NCBI GenBank assembly: GCA_000092065.1
Contig: CP000583.1
Length of the DNA stretch: 64,000 nucleotides
Reading direction: 5' to 3' (one strand)
From: Ostreococcus lucimarinus
Lineage: Eukaryota
Every line of letters starts with the position of its first letter. The stretch's first letter is position 1. The notes under the pieces are model-generated. The model saw nothing but the letters and a program-made list of their open reading frames with translations, did not search any database and was not told where the DNA came from. Positions 18,345 through 27,500 of the stretch are shown in pieces. A program made the translations under genes and the position numbers.

Positions 18345-20063
18345 ATGCTCTCTTCGCTCCCGTGCGAACTCTGGGCGCACATCGCGTCGTTTCTACCGCT
18401 GCGCGATCGGGAGACTTTGCTTGAAACGTGTGCCGAGACTCGCGAAGGAGTGATTTTCCTTTGCGAATGCGCGCGCACGCGGCTTCTCGCGCGCCGTGGG
18501 TACTTTTTCGAGAACGAATATGGTTTGCCGTGCGTCGACGAGGAGGAGGTGGGGTTTCACGCGCGCGCGTTGCTTCGGCACACGAGCGCGTTGTCGACGA
18601 CGAAGCGCGACGCCGCCGCAAAGTTTTGCGCCGCGATGACGGCGGCGTTTTCCGATGCGCTCGATGATCCGGATTTCGAGATGACAGAAAATGAACGCGT
18701 CGATCGAGTGTCGCGCATGATGAAGGTGGCGAGCGCGGAGTTGAGCCACAGATGCCGTGGGAAAGCGGTGGGATTATTCTTGCGATACGAAATCGATGAT
18801 TTGGAGACGGCGATCGGCGTCGGCGAACTCGGGCTGGTGGAACATGAACTTTTCGATATGAATGAGGACAAGGAAGAACGTATCAAGTACGAGCGGGCGT
18901 CGTTGCGATCGTATCTGCGAGTGTTCATCGTGACGCACGTCGTGCTCGGCTCGGAAACGCTGTCGCATCTGTACACAGAGAGCTCGCATCGGTACGATTT
19001 AGAGGCAGCGTTCGCTTGGAAGGCGTTCACGATTGGATTCATGGGCTTGCTCACTACGCGAGAATCAACGAGCGCGGAATTGCTGCGTACGCTCACGATG
19101 CCAAACGTGCGTTGGTTTCTTCTGAACTTGTACAAAAACGGTACCGCACACGCGACGACGACAAACGCGAGCGAAACGCACTCGATCCTGGATTCGATCG
19201 CGGATTTGTACTCGAAGAGCATCGATATCGAAATTGCGACTTTTCGCCAGTACGAAGTGGACTCACTCACGGGTATGACGGCATTGCAGCGAGCTGAGCA
19301 AATGTTTACTGTGGTTCACGAGCGCGTGCATCCGAACGAAGTGTTTAACGACAACATTGCCGCGCTTGCCAAAATCCTTTCGCTCATCGTCCGTGAGACG
19401 AATCAAGACAAGGCTTCATTTGCGCGAGTTGTGTTCGACTTGACGCGAGGATGGGACGCTTCATTCAAGCTTATGCTGCTCGGATCTTTATGGGAGGCGT
19501 GTCCGCAGACGGATTATCTACTGCGAGCTCTTCTAAGACGCGACTTCGTTCCTGCGCCATTCGATCAAGACGACGGCGGCCTCGGTATCATGGACGTGCA
19601 AGCGACGCGAGTTGGTCGAAAGCTTCTCGCGGTTTTCGAGCAGCGTCATCACGTACGCTTGAAGCCGGACACGTGCGTTAGCCTGTTCGAACTCGCGCGA
19701 AAGAACTGGACAGAGGAAGACGACGAGCGCATGGTTCGGAGTCTGTTGAAAGATTGCAACGTTGGCGTGTCGTTATCTCTCACTGCGTGCTCGTACGAAT
19801 GCTGCCGAAACGGTATCAACGATAACGTGCTCGCTCTGGTCGTGTTCCTCGCCGAGCGCGGTGTCGCGCGCTCCAAACGCGTTTCATCCTTCGACGAGCC
19901 CGCGCCGAAACGGCGCCGCGTCGTCAAGCTCGGCGAAGAAGACGCCTCAAACGAGGAGTCGCTCTTATATTTAGATTTCGAGTACGAGGTCGGCGTGTTC
20001 TCTCAACGCGAATCTCCCGAGTCTCAGGATCTTACGCCCGAATGGCTCGCTCGAGAAGAGTGA
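18345..20063 (+). CDS. F-box-like domain protein of otherwise unknown function.
   Basis: An N-terminal F-box consensus LPCELWAHIASFLPLRDRETLLETC is present. The rest of the 572 aa product is unassigned, but it is a long, non-low-complexity ORF. Confidence 0.6.
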   Translation: MLSSLPCELWAHIASFLPLRDRETLLETCAETREGVIFLCECARTRLLARRGYFFENEYGLPCVDEEEVGFHARALLRHTSALSTTKRDAAAKFCAAMTAAFSDALDDPDFEMTENERVDRVSRMMKVASAELSHRCRGKAVGLFLRYEIDDLETAIGVGELGLVEHELFDMNEDKEERIKYERASLRSYLRVFIVTHVVLGSETLSHLYTESSHRYDLEAAFAWKAFTIGFMGLLTTRESTSAELLRTLTMPNVRWFLLNLYKNGTAHATTTNASETHSILDSIADLYSKSIDIEIATFRQYEVDSLTGMTALQRAEQMFTVVHERVHPNEVFNDNIAALAKILSLIVRETNQDKASFARVVFDLTRGWDASFKLMLLGSLWEACPQTDYLLRALLRRDFVPAPFDQDDGGLGIMDVQATRVGRKLLAVFEQRHHVRLKPDTCVSLFELARKNWTEEDDERMVRSLLKDCNVGVSLSLTACSYECCRNGINDNVLALVVFLAERGVARSKRVSSFDEPAPKRRRVVKLGEEDASNEESLLYLDFEYEVGVFSQRESPESQDLTPEWLAREE

Positions 20064-20130
20064 ATCGCGTCGCTTTGCGCGAATTTCATTTGCGTTCGTC
20101 GTCGCGTTGTTTTGATATTTCATCGAATGA

Positions 20131-20589
20131 TTACGCATCCTTCTTCGTCTCCTTCACCGCCTTGGTGCATCCGAGCTGCTCCAACGTCTCCACAATCTTA
20201 GCCACGTTCGCACCGCGAATTTGCTCGCCGTGCGGCTCGCCTTCGGACGTGTAAAACGCAAAAGTCGGCATCGCCGTCACGTTGTGCGCCCCGCTCACCG
20301 CCCCATTCTTATCGACGTCCACCTTGATAAACATCGCGTCGTACTCTTCCGACATGTCCGCGAACACCGGCGCGATTCGCCGACACGGCCCACACCACGT
20401 CGCCGTAAAATCAACAACCACCGCTCGCTTCGCCGCCTTCGCCTCCGCCAACGCCTCCGCGAACGCCTCCGCCGTCTCGCACTCCACCACCCGCTTCTTC
20501 TCCACCGCCCCTCCTCGCGCGTCTCCGTACCCGAGCATCGACCGAATCACCGATCCGATGAACCGAAACGTCACGTACATCACCAGCAC
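20131..20589 (-). CDS. TRX: Thioredoxin (Trx h/f-like).
   Basis: The active site WCGPC sits in the context …VVVDFTATWCGPCRRIAPVF…KVDVD…AMPTF…. The first M is at 20589; an alternative start at MLGYG is about 17 codons in. Confidence 0.85.
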   Translation of the reverse strand: MLVMYVTFRFIGSVIRSMLGYGDARGGAVEKKRVVECETAEAFAEALAEAKAAKRAVVVDFTATWCGPCRRIAPVFADMSEEYDAMFIKVDVDKNGAVSGAHNVTAMPTFAFYTSEGEPHGEQIRGANVAKIVETLEQLGCTKAVKETKKDA

Positions 20590-21023
20590 GCGCGCGTGTT
20601 TCGGCAGCTGCGCGTCGCGTCGCTCGCGCCCTCGTCAGTCGTCGCTCGCGCGCCGCGCCCGTTCGAGATCCAGACGCGTCGTTCGGTCGCACCTTTTCAA
20701 AATACGCCTCCGCCGCCGCGCGCGCGCTTTGCACCATCCCGCCGAGATCCATCGTCGCCGTCGTCGCCGTCGTCGTCGCGCGTCGTCGTCGCGCGTCTTC
20801 GCCGGCGATCGCGGGCGCGCGCGGGCGTCGCGGCGCGTTCGAGTTCCGTGTGTAGTGTCTCATTGATTCTCTTCGCGGCGCCCACGATGCGGGTCTCGAT
20901 CTCGTATTGCGCGCGCGGGAGATCTATCAGACGACGCGCGCCGTGTGTTTGGTCCGTGTGTACACCGCGCGTCCACGAGACCACGCCGCCGCCGCCGCCG
21001 ATCGTCGCACACGCGCGCGCGCG

Positions 21024-22776
21024 ATGCTGCTGCTGTTCGAGACCCCGGCGGGGTACTCGCTGTTCAAGGTCAAGGCCGAGAAGAAGCTCCAGGACGCGGA
21101 GGTGCGTGCGACGCGCGGTGACGACGACGCGACGCGACGCGACGCGACGCGAGCGCGCGCGAAAAGGCGCGCGCGATCGACGCGAAAGGCGGTGGGACGC
21201 GCGACGCGCGCGCGGGCGGCGGTCGACGACGCGGGACGCGCGACGCGCGAGGGGCGCGACGGTCGTGGACGCGGGACGACGCGAGGGAGGACGCGCGGGC
21301 GGGCGCGCGCGGACAAAAGGGCGGGAGTCGATTCGCGAGGGAATTGGCGAATTGGGGATTGGCTGGCGAGGAAGACGCGACGCGAGGACGAGGGACTGAC
21401 GATGCGCGCGCGCGCGAACGTGAACGCAGAAGTTGCAAGATGCTTTCAGCACGGTGGAGGGGGCGAAGAAGATGGTGTCGATGAAGGCGTTTAGTAAGTT
21501 TGAGAATACGACGGAGGCGCTCGCGGCGGCGGCGACGCTGGTGGATTCCAAAGTCGGGAAGAACTTGAAAAAGTTTTTGTCGAAACACGCCGAGGGGGAG
21601 ACTTTGGCGGTGGCGGACTCTAAACTCGGCGCGGCGATCAAAGAGAAGCTGGGTATTAACTGCGTCGCCGATAGTGGGGTTATGGAACTCATGCGCGGCG
21701 TGCGTTACCAGCTCAACGAGTTGATCGGAGGGTTGACGGATGCCGATCTCGCGCCGATGGCTTTGGGTTTGTCTCACTCCTTGTCGCGATATAAGCTCAA
21801 GTTTTCTCCGGATAAGGTTGATACCATGGTTATTCAAGCCATCGGCTTGCTCGACGAACTCGACAAGGAATTGAACACGTATTCCATGCGCGTGCGCGAG
21901 TGGTACGGGTGGCACTTCCCCGAGCTCACGAAGATCATCGCGGATAACATGCAGTACGCCAAGGCTGCGAAACTCATGGGTGATCGCGCGAAGGCGGCGG
22001 GGATCGACTTCTCTGGTATTCTCGATGAAGACGTCGAACAAGAGGTAAAAGACGCCGCCATCATTTCCATGGGGACGGAAATTTCCGAAGAAGATTTGAG
22101 CAACATTGGACAGTTGGCCGACCAAGTCATCTCCTTGAGCGAGTACCGTGCGCAACTGTACGATTATCTGAAGGCTCGAATGAACGCCATCGCGCCCAAC
22201 CTGACGGTGCTCGTCGGCGAACTCGTCGGCGCTCGTCTCATCTCCCACGCGGGTTCGTTGATGAACCTCGCCAAGCACCCGGCGTCTACGGTGCAAATTT
22301 TGGGAGCGGAAAAGGCTCTTTTCCGCGCGCTCAAGACCAAGCATGAAACTCCAAAGTATGGTTTGATCTATCATGCCTCACTCATCGGCCAAGCGGCGCC
22401 CAAGTTCAAGGGGAAAATTTCTCGCGTCTTGGCGGCGAAGTGCGCGTTGTCGATTCGCGTCGACGCTCTTGGGGAATCCTCCGAGGCGACGATTGGCGTT
22501 GAAGCGCGCGAAAAGGTCGAGGCACGATTACGACAGCTTGAAGGCAAGACGCTTGGCGAAGCTTCTGGCGTCAAGAAGATGTCTGGAGACATAAAGAAGC
22601 ACGACAAGGACCGCAACGCGGACGCGCCGGCGCTTCTCACCGCGCCGCGTTCGTACAATCCGGATAAGGATGCGACGAAGAAGGAGAAAAAGGAGAAGAA
22701 AGATAAGAAAGAGAAGCGTAAGAGCGAAGGCGACTCTCCAAAGTCTTCGAAGAAGAGCAAGAAGAACAAAGATTAA
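21024..22776 (+). CDS. NOP58: Box C/D snoRNP protein Nop58 (NOP5). The gene has two exons, join(21024..21101, 21430..22776), and a C-terminal KKE/D repeat tail.
   Basis: Exon 1 encodes MLLLFETPAGYSLFKVKAEKKLQDAE, the canonical Nop58 N-terminus. Exon 2 continues KLQDAFSTVEGAKKMVSMKAFSKFENT… through the NOP and Nop domains. The tail …KKEKKEKKDKKEKRKSEGDSPKSSKKSKKNKD distinguishes Nop58 from Nop56. Confidence 0.85.
21102..21429 (+). other. Spliceosomal intron of NOP58 (328 nt, phase 0), GTGCGT…CTGAC(N~28)CAG.
   Basis: The donor gag|GTGCGTgcg is at 21102. The branch-like sequence gggaCTGACgatg is ~30 nt upstream of the acceptor aacgCAG|AAG at 21429. The split reconstitutes the conserved Nop58 N-terminus, which is otherwise missing from the ORF. 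Confidence 0.75.
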
Positions 22777-22928
22777 CATCTTCCACGACTCTCATTCCTC
22801 TTAGCTCTCGTGTACTCTAGTAGCCTCTTTTTCAGTCCGATGGACTTCGAACGAATTCAAGTTTTACCACTAGCGACTTAATAAACAAGACAAAATCATC
22901 AACAACGACTCATCTGGGTTACACGTCG

Positions 22929-24269
22929 CTACGTATCTTCCGAAATCGAAAGCCACTGCGTGAAGATCGCTTTTTTGCCGGAGACTACGGGTTGCGCCTC
23001 GTGCAGCGATCGCATCGCCTCTTGTCCGTTTTCTCCCACGTTCCAAAACAAGATGGCTCGCCCGCGTTTCGGGAACACTCGAATCCCAAGCGTCGTCGAA
23101 TCGCACCCACAAAGCGGCACACACTTCGGAAAGAACGTCGCCCCGCCTTCTTCAGGCTCTTGAAGATAGCACATGAACGTCATCGATCTTTTGAGACTGC
23201 CCGCTCTGTTGTCGTAATGCGCCGTATATCGCTCAGTTGGACCGTACTGAACTATTTGCATCGGTTCGTGTTGATACATGACCTTGACATTTTTTCGTCG
23301 CTCGACGATCAACGGCAGACGAATCGCGGCTTGAATCCTGCGCTCGATTTCGAGAACCAAATCGTCGTGCGCCCGAGCCCCGGTGAGAAAAGTAGACGTC
23401 GAAGTCCGACCTTCCGAAAGTTTCCCGTCCGTCACGCGCGATCGCTGCATACTTGGACGCGCGATCTCAATCAATTGATCCCCCTCTTCTTCGCTCAAGA
23501 AATCTTCGAGCACGAACAAGAGACAGTCGTTTGACAGAACGCGAACGCTCGACGCGACTTGGGGCGGCGGCTTCGATCGGTGTCGCGAGACTCGCAACTC
23601 GCTCATCCAAACCTCGACGACGAATTCGTCGTCGAGGTTTCCGAGCGCGTGCAAGTCGTCGGCAAGATTGAACACGTGCTTGATTCCCCACATATCACCC
23701 TCGCGGTCGAACCTGCGATCGAAGAAAGTCTCAAAGTGCCGCTCGTCGTTCGCCGCGCCGATGAAGGTCACGCTCAACGCCGCCTCCACCGCGTGCGCGC
23801 GCGCCGCATCGCGCGACCTCTGCACGTACACCGACACCGAATCAGCGACGCCATCGTCACCCGCGCGCATCACGAATCGCCATCCAATCTTCGTTCGCTT
23901 CCCGTCGCACACGAAGGCTTGAAACTCGGGAGATCGCCGTTCCGCCTCCGCCGCCGTCGGACGCGCCACTCGCCATCGCACCCGATCCCCTCCCTCGCGT
24001 CCATCTTCATCGTATTCCACCACCGCTCGCAGCTTCCCGTCCCCTCGCGCGCTCTCCCGCGCCGCGTCCGATCGCGCCGCGTCCGATCGCGCCGGCGCGC
24101 AATCGACCGCGCCGCGCGTCACGACGAGACACCGCTCGCCCCTCGACGGCACGTCCACCCCTCCCCGCTCCCGTCGTCGCCCCGACCGCGTCCGCCCGAG
24201 TCCGCCCGTCGACGCGCTCGCCGCGATGTCCCTCGCGCGCGCGTCCCGCGTCGACATTCCCGCCCCCAT
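22929..24269 (-). CDS. Prolyl 4-hydroxylase alpha-like 2-oxoglutarate/Fe(II) dioxygenase with an N-terminal MATH/TRAF-like domain.
   Basis: The C-terminal P4Hc core reads …YTAHYDNR…GGATFFPK…GRAILFWNVGENG…HEAQPVVSGKKAIFTQWL…. The N-terminal region …FQAFVCDGKRTKIGWRFVMRAGDDG…VSVYVQ…AALSVTFIGAANDE…WGIKHVF…LDDEFVVEVWM has MATH-domain spacing. The start at 24269 is uncertain. Confidence 0.7.
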   Translation of the reverse strand: MGAGMSTRDARARDIAASASTGGLGRTRSGRRRERGGVDVPSRGERCLVVTRGAVDCAPARSDAARSDAARESARGDGKLRAVVEYDEDGREGGDRVRWRVARPTAAEAERRSPEFQAFVCDGKRTKIGWRFVMRAGDDGVADSVSVYVQRSRDAARAHAVEAALSVTFIGAANDERHFETFFDRRFDREGDMWGIKHVFNLADDLHALGNLDDEFVVEVWMSELRVSRHRSKPPPQVASSVRVLSNDCLLFVLEDFLSEEEGDQLIEIARPSMQRSRVTDGKLSEGRTSTSTFLTGARAHDDLVLEIERRIQAAIRLPLIVERRKNVKVMYQHEPMQIVQYGPTERYTAHYDNRAGSLKRSMTFMCYLQEPEEGGATFFPKCVPLCGCDSTTLGIRVFPKRGRAILFWNVGENGQEAMRSLHEAQPVVSGKKAIFTQWLSISEDT

Positions 24270-24575
24270 CCCGCGCGACGCGCGTCCTCGCGCGAGACCG
24301 AGACCGACTTATTTCGTCCGATCGCGCGCCGATCGCGCGAATCGTCGTCGCCCGCGCCCGCGCCCGCGCGCGCCGTCGCGTCGTCGTCGCGCTCGGATCG
24401 CGCGCCGCGTTTTTTTCGCGCGCGCGCGTCGGTCTTCGCGCCGCGAATCCGCGCGCGCGCGTCGCGATCTCGCGCCGCGCGCGCCTCGGATGCGTCAACG
24501 TCGAGCGTCGAACTCGTCGGTTTGTATTCCGCGTCGACGATCGAGGGCGACCGCGGCACAGTCGCGCGCGAAGGA

Positions 24576-27500
24576 ATGGCGACCGAAACGGACGAGCGCG
24601 CGTCGATCGAGCGCGCGCTGACGTCGCTCGCGCTGACGGACGACGCGGCGCTGGAGCGCGTGCTCGAAAAGCTGCTGCCGAGCGCGATCGACGCGCTCGC
24701 GACGACGCATCCGAACAATGTCGCGAAAATCATGGATCTGCTGAGACACATCAATAAGCGCGTGAACGCGACGACGACGATCGGGTTGCCGCTGGAGAGG
24801 ATGGTGGACGCGTATTTGACGACGACGAACGCGATGGTGCGGAATTTTGCGCTGGTGTACGCGGAGAAGGCGTTTGAGAGGGCGGACGCGGAGACGCGGG
24901 AGATTCAAATCGCGCGAGCGTGTCGAGGGGCGTCGAGACGGTCGAGTGAACAGGCGGATATGGTGTTTCGAATGGCGATGCAGGCGCTGGGGGAGCTTTC
25001 GACGAGAGATCCGAGGCGCGATGTGGAATTTTTGAGCGATGATGACGATCGGAAGTTGTTTTTGAGACGCGCGAGAGATTTTTTCGCGTACTCGCCGAAC
25101 GCCGTGGGAACGAGCGCGAGGACGACACCAAATCGTTTGGAGGCGCATTTATCGGCGTTGGCGGGGGCGTCGATCGGGGTTGAAGGAGCACCGGAGGGAG
25201 CGTTGCGAGCGGCGGCGGAAGCACAGCGAGAAGACGCCGAGAGGAGCGTCGAGGCGCCGACGTTGAGCGCGCCGCCGAGCCTGTCGCCGAGCGCGGTGGA
25301 ACGGATTTTAGGGAAAGGGAAAGCGCCACCTACGCCGGTGGCGTTAGGTAAGCGAAAGTTAAAGCTACTTGAATACATAGCGAGCGCGGAGGTGCTCGAT
25401 CCCGTGCCAGATATCGATATGGACGACGCGGGCGTCGACGATGGCGTCGAGAAGGAGCGCGAGACAAAGAGTAGATTCTTAGTGAGTGGGGCGGAAATGC
25501 TCACGCATTGTCTCATCGCGTCGTGTGATGGTGATCATGAAGTATCCAAACGTGGCGAAGAATTACTCAAGCGACGATGTACGTGGGAGACGAACAAGCC
25601 GATTGTCAACTTGGACGACGGGGCAACGACGAGCGAATTATTCCAACTCTTCCTCGGTTCATCGCTGGACGTGCCGGTGGAGTCTCGCATCTTGCCCGCC
25701 TCGCCGGCGGTGAAATTAAAAATCATGAATTTGCTCACGCGATCCATGGCGGCGGCTGACGCGTTCCCGAAAAATCTCGAGACGGTGAAAATGTGCCTGT
25801 ACGGCGACGGTACGACGACACGATTGAAGGCGTGCGGCATGCAGTTTACCGTATGGATGCTGACTCACGCGACGAGTAAGGAATTACTCGCGTTTGCCCC
25901 TTCGTTAATGAATGGTATGCTCGAAATTTTAGATTCGCGCACCGACGGCTCGAACGAGGGAGATCAGACTGTGACTTTTGCGCAAGAAACTTTGCGCGGA
26001 TTTTGCTATCAAGCACTTTCGCAGCTCGCCGAGCGCGACAAAGTGAGCGTGAATCGAGACGTGTTGCTTGCCGAGCGAGTTTTCGACGCGTTAGAAAGCG
26101 AACCAGATGGCGTGAAATCCTACGTGCAAGAGGCGGCGCGAACGCTAGTTTCGGCGTATCGCGATTCGCCGTCGACGTACGTACAAACGCGAATGGAAGA
26201 ATTGATTTTGAGTGCCATCGAGGACAATGATAACAAGGTCAAGCGTCTCGTCGGTGCGCAATGGGCGACTGAAATGTTTCCGTTCTCACACGTCCCGTCG
26301 CGGTATGCCAGCATTTTAGCCTCGGGGGACGCCAAGCACGAGATGCAAACGCTGGGCCGACGAGGTTTGCAACCGAGCGCGACTCGCAAGACAAAGGACG
26401 ACGCGGTTTTACACATCGAGCGCTGGGACGGGTGCGATCGAGAAGTCACCGCGCGCTCGTGGGTGGATGAGAACGCGATGTTTGTGGATTTAACAAGCGA
26501 CCATTATCGATACATGGAATATCTGGCGTTCTGTCGAGGCGAGACGCCTCGCGTGCTAGAAAAGCACCCACCAGCGTCTTCGTTACTTCGGTATCTCGTC
26601 ATCAAACTTCCTGGCTTGAACGTCGACCCCGCACTACACGCGGCTTTGCTTTTGCCTGAGAACGCCATGATAAGTGCACTGGATTTCGTGAACGCGTGTT
26701 TAAAGAGCGATTATTCCAAGTCGAGAAAGTTGGAGGCGAACGACGTGAAGCTCTACCTCAACTTTTTGAACCGGTGCCTCGTCAAATCGTCGGGACCAGC
26801 CCTCGCGAGCGAAGCCTTACGTAGTTTCATAGACTTGCTCGAGCGTGAACCAGCGTTACTCAGCGAAAAGGCTACCGCGGATGCGATTCTAGTGCGTCTG
26901 AGACACTTCGTGTCTCACACAGATGCAGAGACTCGTCGGCGCGCCGCCAAACTTTGCGGCGTTCTTGTTGGTAATCTTGAGGCCGATGCGAGGGTACCTT
27001 TTATGGATGAATTTCTGTCGCTGTGTAAAGGAGACGAACGTGGCGCTCGTCTGGAGCACCAAGAGGGCGCATTAAGCGCGACTGGCTACATCGTAGGTTC
27101 AGGAAAGATTCCGGATGTCGACGCGCTGCGCGCAATTCAAACCTTTGTCGACTTGGCAAAGAAAGTAGGCAAAGGACAAAGTGCCGAAGCTAACTTGGCG
27201 AGTGTCGCGGCGGAAGCGATCGGTCACGCAGGACTACGTAAGCCCTTGCACGCTGATATCATCGAGGACGCGCTCGACGCAGTGTGTGGCGTTCTGCAAA
27301 ACACAGATCCACACGTCGCCAAGCTAGGCGCTCGAGCCGCTGGACACATCATGCTCACGGATGCAAGTGAAAGTACCGCATCTGCGCTTTTACCGCGGCT
27401 TCTTGCGATGTGCGAGGTGAAACACGATGACACACAGTTCGCCATAGGTGAGGCGGTTGCGTGTGCGTGGGGGGGCGTCGATGTCGACGCCGATCGCGTG

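Noticed and set aside
21102-21429. A box C/D snoRNA hosted in the NOP58 intron (as in animal NOP56/NOP58 host genes), suggested by a CTGA followed by GATG.
   Set aside because: I found no RUGAUGA box C or terminal stem. The CTGAC sits ~30 nt upstream of the acceptor exactly as in the two PNPase introns, so it is best explained as the branch-point motif. The rest of the intron is GC-rich simple sequence ((GACGC)n).
23559-24575. The 5' ~1 kb of the 2,285-aa ORF 23559..30416, as an N-terminal extension of ECM29.
   Set aside because: This stretch is antisense to the well-supported MATH-P4H gene and is Arg-rich low complexity. The ECM29 homology begins at the Met at 24576.
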